From contig MU054323.1 of NCBI GenBank assembly GCA_013239625.1, forward strand, positions 17,550,029 to 17,614,028: 64,000 nucleotides of DNA, given 5' to 3'. This document shows, piece by piece, positions 54,701 through 64,000 of this stretch. The stretch is from Lama guanicoe (Eukaryota). Below the pieces are notes generated by a model that was not told where the DNA came from, did no database searches, and was given only the letters and a program-made list of their open reading frames with translations. The first letter of the stretch is position 1, and each line of letters starts with the position of its first letter. Both the position numbers and the translations under genes were made by a program.

Positions 54701-57700
54701 CAGTGAAACAACTTTGCTCTATAATGCAGTTACTAAATTAGTATGGAATTTAAACACATGCAGTGCTAACTTAAAAAGAGAAGCAGAAAATAACAATTTG
54801 CATTTATAAACATCATGACTACTTTTTCTTCTAAACCTTCTCCATCTTCTCTACATAAATGTCAGGCTTAAGTAATATAATCATTTTAAGAATTTTTCTT
54901 TAACATTCCTTTCCTGCAGGCTAGTATACTGAATTAGAGCAACTCCATAAGTCTGTAAAAGCTAAAGACTCCCTTTGTCTGCCTTTAGTCAAGTGGGTTA
55001 AAATAACCATTAAATTTAAGAAAAAAGTTCCCAGTTCAATGTTGAGCACTTAACAGTTACTTTCTTCTCATTATTAAGTAGAAAAGGAAAAAAACTGAAA
55101 CATAACCTGGAACTCTGGTTAAGTAATTTTATTAGGATTAATTCTGCTTGGTTTTTAAGTCTCATTTTTCATTCTTCCACAAAATATTAACACCTCAAAT
55201 GTTTGCATAGCATTTTGCTTCTAAGACTGCATCTAATATTTTATCATATATCTAGAAAGGAGTATGTAAAACACCAACAAAGAAGAATCATGAAAAGAAC
55301 GTTTTAGTAATCCTTCAATAAATGATAAACTTGATCTGCTATGTAGACCTAGTTTCTTGTGAGTTTCGGTTCTCCAAACAGACTGGGCTCTACCCTGATG
55401 TTTAGAAAAGTGACTTACACTCTTAAAAAGCTGCCCATAAATTTAGTGAGAAGATGTGTTGCTACTGGTCCAATACTCTAGTTTAAAATTGCGGTATTTA
55501 TCCTAATAAATACATATACAAAAAGCCCCTCAAAAACTGCAAAGCAAAAATGAAAAAAATTAAAGAACTTGCATAAAAACATTTAATCAGAGAGTGTCAA
55601 AACTGGTTAAGTTTCTCTTAAAATAATTTTGAAAATATTTAATCTCAGCAACACAGATTTATTCTGAATTTTAGAATTACTTACCTTTTTATCTCCCCAA
55701 ATGCCTTTGAAAATATTAACAACTAGCTTTTGTATTGAGTACCAACATGTCACAAAGACTAATTCAAACATTCATTTTCAGTGTTAAGATTCTAAGACTA
55801 TACTACTTACAAGTTCATGATGAGGTTCTGTCTCTTTCCTTAAAGGTGGGTCAAATTTTACTTGGCCAACTAAAAAATAAAAAAAGTAAAAAAGTAAAGA
55901 CTTGTCTGTTTCTATATTCTTAACGATATAATAATTTAAAAAGCTACTCCATGGCAAAACACATTTAATTTTACCATCTACCACACACTAATCACCATTC
56001 AAAGATTTAAATAAAGAATCTGTTAGCTGAAAAAAAAAAAAAACAAATCCAAGAAAGTCTAAGCTATTAAAGCTTAATCTAATAATTCTAGGCCTTTTCC
56101 ATGGTAAAAAAAGAATGATTAGCAAAATTATGTGTACGTTACAGTCAGGATTTAACATACTACTTCACTGTGACCCAGCATAAAATAGAGACAACCTTAA
56201 CTTAGGACTTAGATGTGCAGGTAGCAAGTGAAGCACAGTACTGTCGGAAGCCAGCCTGCAAGACAGCTTCTAATGAGTCCTGCCCCCTGGTGTTCATTAA
56301 CTTGTGTAGTCCCTTCCCACATAGCCAGGGGTGGTCTCTGTGACCAAATGAATACAACAGAGTGATGACATTTAACTTCTGAGATAAGGGTTCTGTCTTG
56401 GGCTCTTTATACTGGATTACTGGCTCTGGAGAAGTCATGCTGTGAGCAGCCCCAAGGAGACACTACAAGGCAAAGAACTGAAGCCTCCAGCTAACAGTTA
56501 TGTGAATAACCTTGGAAGCAAACCCTCAAACCTATTCAAACCTTTGGAACACCGCAGCTCCAGCTTACATCCTGATTGTAACTTTATGATAGATCCTGGG
56601 CCAGAATCACCCAGCTAAGCTATCCTGGATTCCTGACCCTCAGAATATGTGTGAGATAATGTTTGTTATAAGCTGCTAAATTTGGGGGTAATTTGTTATA
56701 TAGCAATAAATAACTAATACACTACTGTAGCTAAAGCAGATACAAATTAACTGAACTACACTCACCTTTCTCCCTGCTATTCTAATTTTATGAATGTTTC
56801 AATAACTTTACCTTTAATTTTTGTATCTCACTATCATTGTTATTATCTACTTTTATAACCTGGGTACAGCATTCAAGATCACTGAGATAAAGACAGAGCA
56901 CAAATGTAAAACACTTAAAGGAAGAAAAATAGATAATGACAAATATATGACAGCTCAACTACTAAGAGCTGCAGCCAAAACAGTAATTCTCAATCAAGGT
57001 AGGGAAATGAGTGAGATTTCAAAGTACAATCATTTTATAATTGTTTTGATTTTAGCTTAGTATGTATGATTTATTGTGAGTGTTAATACCAATTAAAGGA
57101 GACTATGAGATTTGAATATTTAGCAAGAGGAGGCACACGTAAAAAAGGTTGAGAAACATAGCCCTACAAGATCTACAGTTGTGAAGTATGTATATGCTTT
57201 ATAGTTGTTATGCACTAGATATCAAATTCTGACCCTTAGAGATAAGTAGGCTTTACAATAATGGGTTCCGCATACCTGCTCACATATGATCACACATCAA
57301 AAGATGATCAAATAGCTTTTACTAAGGAATTAAAACATAGATTTCATGAGTCTCTCTCTCTCTCTCTCACCTTGATAGAGGCTTACTGAAAAGCTCTCAC
57401 ACACACTTGTCATCAAATAGCAAAATCAAATCTGTAAATAACGTCACATGAAGACAGTTTTATGCATCTACCTGCCTTGTGTTAAGGTCACATGTGAACA
57501 TGCCTGTTTCCACCAGACTGTATAACTGAGTACAGGGGTGCAGGGATGTTGTCTTAGACTAACTTTCATAACAAGGACAGGACTGTAGCATGTGTTCAAC
57601 ACCCCTGTGGGAATGCATTCTCAAAAAGAGGAGCCCCTACGGAGATTCATCCTTCATGTCCTGGTATCACTCTTCTGTTCTCTTCAAATGCCCTAAAGTT

Positions 57701-60397
57701 ATGACAAGTTTCTGCCACAGGACCTTCCAGTTACTGTTCAAATAACTGTTGGTCAATCACTGCAGGCTGCCATGCTGTTTTATGATGTTCTTCATAATGT
57801 CGAAAATGCCTATTTAGCTGTCATTGTCTATTGGTCTCTGCTCCCTCTACCATCTCCTTGAACGTACATTAAACCATACCCCATAAACTTGTATTTTAAT
57901 ATCCAGATGAAAACTCCTTCTTAGCTTCTGTGAAACAGCTCCAATATGATTATTTGCTGACCCTTCATTAGTCATGATGGGTCAAAACTGATCCTCCTAT
58001 GTCAGATAAGAAGAGCCCCAGAACCATTTATTCTTAAAGCAAGTTTTGCTTATAATACTGAACTGAAGGCAGAGGGGACATCCTAAAAGGGAAATAGTAA
58101 CACCTTTTCTACAAATGAGTCAGTTTTTACATACACGCTGCCTAAACACAATTTAGTTTAATAGAGAAAACCTTGGTTGCACCGAGAGACAGCACATAAT
58201 TGTAAACATAAACATTATCAGGAGGAATAGATGCATACAATTATTAAAATAAATTATTTTTCCAAAGCCTGTCTTTATCATCAATAGCACAATTGACTGT
58301 TCTATGTATCATACCTCATATGAAATCATAAAACATCCTAAGAAAGCAAATATTAGAACACTGTGTAAGATTTAAAAGCCTCAAATATCAAACCCACAAA
58401 TTATTAAAAGTGGTGGTTTTAATTCTACTGCCACCTCAACACACTAGAGGGATATGTCCCCTGTCTTACTGGTAAACAGGGAGAAGGTAAGATGTCCACC
58501 ATGTATTACCTACTCCCACCAAGAGGAGAGCATGTCAGAATCTCAGAAACAATGGGGCAGAGGCAACTAGTTTCAAATAGCATTTATTACATGCATATGC
58601 AGTTAGGAGCTGGGAATCACTGAAACTACTAAAGAGTGATCCAGAAGTAACTGCACTTTGCAACAAAGGGCCTGACAACAGAATTTTAAAACAGAATTGG
58701 ATAACAAGATAGAGAGTACTTTAGATTTTCAATAATACTGAACACAAGGTTTTCTAAATCAATTACAAAGGTATCTCTAATTACTTTTTGTATTATTAAA
58801 GAAACAACAAAGACATCTTGAAATTACTTTTTTTATATGAAAAAAAAAGAGAAATGCTCCCATACTAAGGTTGCCATTTTCAAAAAATACTTTTGGGGGG
58901 GACGTTAGTAAAGTAAATCATGTGGCTTCAGAGGCAGCTGTAAAGGTAATTTTATGTGTTCACACAACTAACTGTAGGCAAACAAAGTACAAATCCCAGT
59001 CCTAGGTGTTTTGTACAGTGCATCGTGTTTTCTTTCAAGAATTTCCTCCTTTTAAGAGCATTTCCACGCAGCACTAGCACCAAACTTTTCCAAGAACTTA
59101 GTACACAGTATATGGTCCAGAGAAAATTTCAAAGGAAGGTTCATGAGGGACTTCCAGTGTAAAGGCCACACAGGTGTGCTGAGATGGTTTCTGAACTGGA
59201 GCAGTGTTTGAGAAAGACCACCGGGCTGGAGGTCGAGAGAGCTCAGGCTTGCTGTTAACTAGGTGTATGACTCCGTCCTACAGGCAAATCGATTTGTCTC
59301 TGCATTTCTTTTTCGTTTTCTACTAAATGTTGATAGTGCCTGTCCTTACTTACCTTACTTAGCTCTTCAGATGAAGAGATGAATTTATCTGAATTAAAGT
59401 ATGAAATATATTATTATTATCGTTACTAATGCAGACAAAAATTGGGAAAAGCTTCTTAACGGTAGTTATCTTAAGTTACTACATGACCTAACATCACTGA
59501 GGTCGTTTCGGACTTTAACTCCTCTGGATAAATCTTTAATTCACAGAAAATTGTCTTTGTAAGCCTGATGGTATGAAATTAAGCATTTTAAGTCATAGGA
59601 ATTAATGCTTCCAAAACCAAAAAAGTTAAGGTACTATTATTCCAGAGATTCCTGTCGGAAAAGTTAATCATCGGTGGGTTGACAGTACCGGATCCCAAGT
59701 GAACTGAATGGTTTGTCTCGGTGGGCCCACAACATGGTTGTTCGTAAGAATTATATGAAGAGCTATTTTAAAAGGTAGATTACTTTTAAAGGAAGACCTA
59801 ACGAACCAGGATCTGTGGAAAAGTGGGACCTGAAAACCCATTTTTAAAGGCTCTCAGGTTACTCAGACGCCAATCCAGTTTGCAGACCTTCACCTCTCCA
59901 AGCTACTCAGTGTGGGCCATGGACCGTCAGCCTCTATCTAACCCAGAAGTAAAGAACCTAAGGTCTCATCCCAGATATACTGAATCAAAAACTGCATTTG
60001 AGCAAGCTCTCTAAGCGAGGTCTACACACGTCTACGTTTAGGAAGCACTTCCTTGATTACTTCTTTCCTGTCTATTCTAGGAATTTTATTCCTCTTCCCA
60101 AACAATAACAACATAAATACCTGCCCCTGGTCACCACCACAGGGCCCCCAGGAATAAGAAAAATGAAATTCTTACTGCCTTCATTAAACTCTACCTTTCA
60201 AGGGGTCTAATAAGAAAAATTATCTGGAAGAAAATGAAGCGAAAATAATGGTAACTCAATTATAACCTGAAATTTTATTTTCCATTGTTAAACTATACAC
60301 TGTGTATAGTATACTTACAGTTTATCTCTGAGCGTGTTTTCTCTTCTCTCACGTTCCTACTTGTTGAGTGAATTCTATGTGGTACAGCAACAAGAGG
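9478..60397 (-). CDS. MAP4K3: MAP4K3 (GLK) Ste20-family kinase, partial: last 22 coding exons (approx. residues 307 to C-terminus); the kinase-domain exons lie beyond the window end
   Basis: Hand-spliced exons give a continuous 588-aa frame from [24 protein letters not shown] to [22 protein letters not shown], matching the MAP4K3 sequence as I remember it; all introns are GT-AG with matching phases. Confidence 0.98.
10239..10294 (-). CDS. MAP4K3: MAP4K3 penultimate exon (56 nt) [18 protein letters not shown]
   Basis: gaacag| ... |gtatga. Confidence 0.96.
11495..11700 (-). mobile_element. MIR
   Basis: cacttactataggccaggc...tcatttaacctt...aaacagagg. Confidence 0.75.
12603..12673 (-). CDS. MAP4K3: MAP4K3 coding exon (71 nt) [24 protein letters not shown]
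   Basis: tgctag| ... |gtaagt. Confidence 0.96.
12990..14680 (-). mobile_element. Old L1 (L1M/L1ME) 3' end and ORF2 remnants
   Basis: T-rich reverse L1 motifs (acaatgctgcaataaacatt, gaagaactgacatcttt, cttcctatccatggacatgg). Confidence 0.75.
14841..15000 (-). mobile_element. tRNA-derived SINE (Vic-1-like)
   Basis: A and B boxes on the minus strand, (AAAC)n linker; TSD-like gctatgtgttt / gctctgtgttt. Confidence 0.88.
15780..15872 (-). CDS. MAP4K3: MAP4K3 coding exon (93 nt) [31 protein letters not shown]
   Basis: ctctag| ... |gtaagc; preceded by a 79-nt intron. Confidence 0.96.
15952..16020 (-). CDS. MAP4K3: MAP4K3 coding exon (69 nt) [23 protein letters not shown]
   Basis: ttgcag| ... |gtaagt. 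Confidence 0.96.
16920..17068. mobile_element. MER5-like fragment
   Basis: cattggaatcatctgga...cttctcaggtg...aggaagccact. Confidence 0.5.
18331..18490 (+). mobile_element. MER5A
   Basis: gtggttctccaagtgtggt...catcagcatcacc...ctcaggccccactccagacct...gtttgggaaccact with inverted termini. Confidence 0.85.
18674..18845 (-). CDS. MAP4K3: MAP4K3 coding exon (172 nt) [30 protein letters not shown]...SSWFTES
   Basis: ttctag| ... |gtttgt. Confidence 0.96.
19500..20040 (+). mobile_element. L1ME/MC 3' region remnant
   Basis: aaaaactggatggaacccaaatgcctatcaatagtagaatggataaa; tttatgattccactta. Confidence 0.75.
20985..21135 (+). mobile_element. tRNA-derived SINE (Vic-1-like)
   Basis: ggggagggtatagctcagtggtagag...ggttcaatccccagtacctcca followed by an A-rich tail. 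Confidence 0.88.
22762..22865 (-). CDS. MAP4K3: MAP4K3 coding exon (104 nt) [35 protein letters not shown]
   Basis: tgacag| ... |gtaagc; peptide in ORF 22672..22887. Confidence 0.97.
23845..23903 (-). CDS. MAP4K3: MAP4K3 coding exon (59 nt) [20 protein letters not shown]
   Basis: atttag| ... |gtaagt. Confidence 0.96.
23925..24360 (+). mobile_element. L1 ORF2 fragment
   Basis: cagtggagaaaagatgaactgttcaa; aatcaattccaaatggattaaggatttaa. Confidence 0.6.
25467..25584 (-). CDS. MAP4K3: MAP4K3 coding exon (118 nt) [39 protein letters not shown]
   Basis: ctgcag| ... |gtagct; preceded by an 83-nt intron. Confidence 0.96.
25668..25728 (-). CDS. MAP4K3: MAP4K3 coding exon (61 nt) [20 protein letters not shown]
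   Basis: aaccag| ... |gtaagt. Confidence 0.96.
26444..26622 (+). mobile_element. MER5A
   Basis: gtggttctgaaagtggtcc...catcagcatcacctggg...gtttgggaaccactg. Confidence 0.85.
27560..27765 (+). mobile_element. MIR
   Basis: ctgtgaccctgggtaactggcttaatctccgtgcctcagtgttcttatctgtaaaa. Confidence 0.8.
28706..28955 (+). mobile_element. MIR
   Basis: ctggagcca...gtttctcatctgaaatgataataac...aacagtacctggcacatagtaagc. Confidence 0.85.
28959..29060 (-). mobile_element. MER20-like fragment
   Basis: agcattcctggcccctgggcactaaatgcca...tgtgacaaaaatgtcc. Confidence 0.6.
29695..29774 (-). CDS. MAP4K3: MAP4K3 coding exon (80 nt) [27 protein letters not shown]
   Basis: tttcag| ... |gtatgt. Confidence 0.96.
30470..30505. 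other. Assembly gap (36 N)
   Basis: Run of N. Confidence 1.
30595..30700 (+). mobile_element. 5'-truncated Vic-1-like SINE; a second copy at 30355-30460 is probably an assembly duplicate
   Basis: ggtcctgggtttaatccccagta plus (AAAC)n tail. Confidence 0.7.
31140..31224 (-). CDS. MAP4K3: MAP4K3 coding exon (85 nt) [28 protein letters not shown], start of CNH domain
   Basis: ttccag| ... |gtagta; peptide in ORF 31063..31272. Confidence 0.96.
32041..32128 (-). mobile_element. Short or internally deleted Vic-1-like SINE
   Basis: ggaggtactggggattg...ctctactgctgagatacaccc; TSD-like aagattt(t)ctttt on both sides. Confidence 0.75.
32500..32572. repeat. Imperfect (TG)n microsatellite
   Basis: Seen directly. 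Confidence 0.95.
33402..33443 (-). CDS. MAP4K3: MAP4K3 coding exon (42 nt) [14 protein letters not shown]
   Basis: tttctag| ... |gtaagt. Confidence 0.95.
33500..34500 (-). mobile_element. Old L1 (L1ME-like) 3' region
   Basis: tcatttgttttaactgcagcacagta; tttgttggagctctttatata; gaagttttaaattttgatgaattcaaat. Confidence 0.7.
36397..36509 (-). CDS. MAP4K3: MAP4K3 coding exon (113 nt) [15 protein letters not shown]...KEKKDVP
   Basis: ctgaag| ... |gtaggt. Confidence 0.94.
36664..36724. repeat. (TA)n/(CA)n microsatellite
   Basis: Seen directly. Confidence 0.95.
37427..37586 (-). CDS. MAP4K3: MAP4K3 coding exon (160 nt) [12 protein letters not shown]...[18 protein letters not shown]
   Basis: tttcag| ... 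|gtaatg; peptide in ORF 37401..37613. Confidence 0.95.
39013..39055 (-). CDS. MAP4K3: MAP4K3 coding exon (43 nt) [14 protein letters not shown], proline-rich SH3-ligand motif
   Basis: ttacag| ... |gtaggc. Confidence 0.95.
39961..40293 (+). mobile_element. MLT1A-like MaLR solo LTR
   Basis: tgctatggactgaattgtgtcc...gaggtaattaaggttaaatgaggtc...ccagaactgtgagaaataaattctgttgtttaagcca. Confidence 0.85.
40441..40494 (-). CDS. MAP4K3: MAP4K3 coding exon (54 nt) [18 protein letters not shown]
   Basis: ctgtag| ... |gtaagt. Confidence 0.95.
40736..40774 (-). CDS. MAP4K3: MAP4K3 coding exon (39 nt) [14 protein letters not shown]
   Basis: tctctaag| ... |gtaatt. Confidence 0.94.
42012..42235 (+). mobile_element. 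MIR
   Basis: tctgaatcccgcctctgtcact...ctcagtatccctatctttaaaatgag. Confidence 0.65.
42261..42940. mobile_element. Charlie1-like non-autonomous hAT transposon
   Basis: ttctcaaagtgcggctcagggaccctgggggtcc...aggtcaaaactctttttcataatact...aagggatcctgagactaaaaatttaagaagcactg. Confidence 0.75.
46144..46202 (-). CDS. MAP4K3: MAP4K3 coding exon (59 nt) [19 protein letters not shown]
   Basis: ctattag| ... |gtaagt. Confidence 0.95.
47105..47400 (+). mobile_element. L2 3' end
   Basis: gtcacctccttggagtagccttcc; ctgtgagctcctga; atgcctgacacata...ataaatgcttgct. Confidence 0.65.
50026..50235. mobile_element. Tigger2a-type TcMar MITE
   Basis: 19-bp terminal inverted repeats cagttgaccc(g/t)tgaacaac matching at 18/19, with TA target duplication on both sides. 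Confidence 0.9.
50905..51500 (+). mobile_element. 5'-truncated younger L1 3' end (artiodactyl-type)
   Basis: aaagatacatgcaccccaatgttcacagcag...ctgtacacctgaaact...caactatacttcaataaaa. Confidence 0.88.
51501..52212 (+). mobile_element. Older L1 (L1MA/MB-like) 3' end
   Basis: tatgatccagcaattcc; gatgaatggataaacaaaatgtgg; gtaaattttatgttatacgtactttaccataataaaaaa. Confidence 0.85.
52310..52525 (+). mobile_element. MIR
   Basis: gggtcaaaccccagctctgct...tgtaaaataaggatt...agtgttcagaataatgtctgg. Confidence 0.7.
54477..54539 (-). CDS. MAP4K3: MAP4K3 coding exon (63 nt, symmetric phase 0, probable cassette) [21 protein letters not shown]
   Basis: ctaaacag| ... |gtattt; translation matches. Confidence 0.93.
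55811..55869 (-). CDS. MAP4K3: MAP4K3 coding exon (59 nt) [20 protein letters not shown]
   Basis: ttttttag| ... |gtaagt; peptide visible in ORF 55784..55984. Confidence 0.95.
56242..56721 (+). mobile_element. MLT1F-like MaLR solo LTR
   Basis: TG...CA ends; ccagaatcacccagctaagc...ggattcctgaccctcagaa...gggggtaatttgttatatagcaataaataactaataca. Confidence 0.85.
57620..58000 (-). mobile_element. Possible ancient RTE-clade (L4-like) LINE fragment
   Basis: Broken minus-strand peptides [16 protein letters not shown] and [12 protein letters not shown] loosely resemble the RTE ORF C-terminus. Confidence 0.3.
59730..60050. mobile_element. Two adjacent MER5-family fragments
   Basis: gtgggacctgaaaacccatttttaaaggctctcagg; aggtctcatcccagatatactgaatcaaaaactgcattt. 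Confidence 0.65.
60319..60397 (-). CDS. MAP4K3: MAP4K3 coding exon (79 nt) [26 protein letters not shown]
   Basis: ttcccag| ... |gtaagt; translation matches. Confidence 0.95.
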
Positions 60398-61667
60398 CTG
60401 GGAAGAACAAAACCAATGACAAGTTACAGTGTGGTTCACAGAATTACCTCAAATTAGAGAAATACTTCATTTTATATAAAAATGGGAACAAATTGAGTGT
60501 ACTTCAATTTAAAAAACCTTTTGAACCACCTCAAAAATCTTTAGTTATTAAATATGATGAAGAATCGATTAAAAAAAGAGTATCACCATAAAAAATAAAG
60601 AAAAATGGGAAGAAAATACAACTTTGTTAATCTTAAAAAAAAAAAAGGCAATCACAAACTGAAAGCTTCTCATTTCTTAAACTGGGAGCTTCTTAAGATT
60701 AGGGATATATTTTATTCACAGCAGGTTCCCAACACATGTTTTCTGAGTTAAATAAATATTCAAAGCTGAATATTTTAACAATTCAAGAGCCGTTGAAAAG
60801 CTGCAGCTAGCTTTCCCTGTTGCAGAGAAAACAGTAATTAAAAAAAAATCTGCCTCAATTTCTTATATCAAGAAGGATGAGATAAATGAATAATCCGGAA
60901 GGCATTAATGATTTATGATCCTTTTACTTAAAAGTAAACACAAACTGCCCCCTCTTTAAATGTTTTTCCTTGTAGAAGCAGCTCTCTATTTTCTTTCCTT
61001 TTACTTTCTTAAAATCTCTCTACATGTATTGTCACTTTCAGGGAGAAATATCCTGGCGGGTAGGTGAAGTGGGGACGAGTTCTTACTATTAATTCATGGA
61101 CAGTCCTCGAAACTTATGGAGTAAAAGAGGCCTTATTTGGAAAGCTTCTGCAGCTCTATCCCATACACTCCAAGGTCTCACCTTAGAGAGCCAGCATCTA
61201 CTTCGTGTACCAAATAGGCTTTTTTTCCCCTGCGTGTGAAACACTACCTTTGAAGTTACTACCTTTGAAGGTGATACACTCCTACACATCTCTGTGGAAA
61301 ATGTAATTCATAAACATCTGAGCTCAAATTCTTAAGATTCTACAAGGCAAATCAAGAACAGGACCCAGTGATTCTCAGTGTAGGCACCTCTCAGGAAATT
61401 AAGATACATGAGTCTAAAAAACCCAAATATTAAAATACCAATGGCAGTAAAACAGTAGCAAAAATAACTTAAAAACTTTAAGTATTTAAATTTTACATGT
61501 ACACAGTGATTTGTAGTTTACAAAGTATTTTCACATACCTAAGCTTATTTTGTCCTCAAAATAAACTTGTGAAACAAGTATTAATCTTCACTTTATAGAG
61601 GACATTCAGCTAGTTAGCTACAGAACTGGAAAAAACCTTGGATTTTTCATCACAGTATTTGGAGCAA

Positions 61668-61734
61668 AAACAAGCAAAAATAGGTATCAGGTTAGTCAAA
61701 AACAAACAAGCAAAAATAGGTATCAGGTTAGTCA
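61668..61734. repeat. Perfect 31-bp direct repeat
   Basis: aaacaagcaaaaataggtatcaggttagtca at 61668-61698 and 61704-61734. Confidence 0.95.
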
Positions 61735-62403
61735 CAGAGTCTGCTGTCATCAGTGAACATAGATGAAACCTACGATTGCCTATAAGAACGATTTTACTTT
61801 TCTGGCTTAAATGGTATAATTATAAAATTATTAAATCTTATAATGCTGTACATGGTAAATGAGTTAACATATAGCAGAAAACACTATCAAGTAAAAATCA
61901 GAATCACAATACTTCAAGGTGTACGACTTCTCAAGTACATGGGACCCCTACATGGTAAGTCAATTTTCTTCCACTGGGTATAAAGTGTAATAAATTTTAA
62001 AAACTAAAGACTAAAGTAGAACTAGTACACGTGCTAAATATTTTCAAGAGAATTCAGCTTCCGCATAGTATGTACAGTATCACAGCAAGTGCTGAAATCC
62101 TAGACATGTTCAAATTTTGAGTGACAACACAGCACTCGGCAATTACAATTACAGATCATTTGTAAATAATAAGACAGTTAGATACTATTATTATAGTATG
62201 TACAACATATACACAGTGTAGTATTATATATGTATAAATTATTATAAATTTCTCTGGAAAAAGTATGATCTTAAACTTGGTGAGAAGAAAAGTTACTCCC
62301 CAACCTACAACCAACAACATAATCTTGAGAAGGATACCCTTCTTTCTCTGCTACGTGAGAAAGCTTCAGAAGAATCTTTATTCGACAAGTTGCTTCTATA
62401 ATT

Positions 62404-63493
62404 GGTTCAAATTTCAGTCACCAGCATATTAATTGTATAATAGTATATAATATTAATTGTGTGTTATTCAGTATATTAATTATAACTGTATAAAATACAA
62501 ACTTCACTGCTAGCTCTTCAGTCCACAAATCACTATGTGAAAAACAGATGCAAATCTTGATAATGACTAACCACATCACTTCTTTCAAAGTCTGTCTGTG
62601 ACTGGCCACCGAGTATCTGTTACTCAGTTCATGCACAGACAGTAAAGTGCACAGTTGTGTTGCCTCCTTGTCTCCCAGTAATAATATACTTATGTAACAT
62701 TAAAAAAAAAATAACTGAAAGAAGGAATTAGCCAACAAAGATAAAATTGCTGCAAAGAAACAAAGTGATAACACTGGATAATGTTGGAAATGAAGTTTGA
62801 ATCAAACATAAATGAAATTATAGAAGAAAATAGCTGACTGTGAGAATGCTGACACTGCCACTGTTCAAGAAACTGTAGACATACAGCCAGGGTAACTTAG
62901 CGAACGTGAACTTGACAGATGAGAAGAAAGAAATTCTGATAAAAAGGACGATGATGTCCCAGAAGAAGAGGCGCCAATAAAAAACTTCACATCACAGGGA
63001 TACTGAAATTATTTCATGCAATGAAAGTTCAAAGGATAAAATGTTGGAAGCTGATTTGAACTTAGAAAGGAATATGACATTCACCAAGGCGTAAAAAAAA
63101 ATACTTGCTCTGTGTCAAAAAGTTATACAACAAGAAGGCAAGCATTGCACAATCTACTCAATAAGCAGACTACTTGAGAAGTAAACAATCCACATAAGTT
63201 TTTTTTTTTACAAAGAAAAGAAACAAGTTAATTCTCACAGGTTCTAGTATTTCAACTTGCAATGTAATAAATATTAGCATTGTTATTTTTTCACTTCTCT
63301 ATACATTTTTTTCTTTTTTCTTTTCCTATACATTTAAAACTGACCATGAGAGTTTCAAATCTTCTGACATTTTTTAAGGTCACAAAACAATTATAATTTT
63401 CCTTACTGACTATTAAGATTGCTTTGCAGGATTTCAGCTCACATGATCATTTTTACAGTCTCATACTACCACGCAAATCAAGGAATGCCTGTA
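62404..63493 (+). mobile_element. Non-autonomous TcMar-Tigger element with degraded transposase pieces; subfamily uncertain
   Basis: Decayed pogo-like N-terminal (aagaaacaaagtgataacactgga) and acidic C-terminal segments; ends in ...gcctg followed by TA. Confidence 0.65.
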
Positions 63494-64000
63494 CATTAAA
63501 TTATAGTAGAAGAATTTATAAAGTAAAAACAACAAAAACCAATTTCTCCCTAGTATAAAGTCAATAAAACTTCATATTTCTTAAGTTTTTGTTTCCAAAT
63601 GCCTTTCCAGACCTTTAAACAAAAGGACAGTATCTTGTTTTCAGTTGCATAAAGATGACAAGTTAGAACAATGGTGAACTGATAGAAAGGTTCTCTGATT
63701 TAAGAGAATCTGTGGCATCTTTACACCACTGAGAGCTATTGTTCCTTCAGTATCACCAATGAAATTTACACCATTTTAAGTACCTTCCATAAAGCCGGTC
63801 AAGTTCAAGGCTATCCAGCTCAGTTACATACCCAATAACAGAATTCTGACATGTCACATATACTGAGTTTATCTCAGGTGCCATGATTATTGGCTAAGTT
63901 AGGAATGTTAAACACGCCAACCAAAGTTAAACTTCCATTAATACCCATGCTCCCATCATACTAGGGTTACTTAATTCTCTTAACTTACACTGGCTCATTT

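Noticed and set aside
62700..63150. Transposase-like segment as a possible domesticated gene
   Set aside because: Internally deleted and frameshifted, with no ORF of 60 aa or more
1..64000. Remaining 60-140 aa ORFs in the track; CRISPR arrays, operons or other prokaryotic systems
   Set aside because: The ORFs are chance frames in introns or repeats, or read-throughs of real exons; there is no repeat-spacer array and the DNA is clearly mammalian

Overview
Mammalian genomic DNA, probably camelid, judged from several tRNA-derived Vic-1-like SINEs with target-site duplications and artiodactyl-type L1 3' ends. The minus strand carries the 3' two-thirds of MAP4K3 (GLK). I traced 22 coding exons by hand between 60397 and 9478: 1767 nt, 588 aa plus stop, all GT-AG and phase-consistent, covering the post-kinase linker, the proline-rich region and the CNH domain. 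A ~1.35 kb 3'UTR follows, with AATAAA at 8146-8151. A CpG island at ~4.5-5.1 kb with a minus-strand splice donor is probably the promoter and first exon of the next gene, CDKL4 by recalled synteny. The rest is intronic or intergenic sequence with L1, L2, MIR, MER, Tigger, Charlie and MLT relics, plus one 36-N gap flanked by a probable assembly duplication. I see no convincing new 'system'. The best candidate novelty is a pair of extra cassette exons at 41.3-41.6 kb, each followed by RBFOX motifs, which keep the reading frame only when included together. All family and gene names come from recognition and memory, not from database searches.
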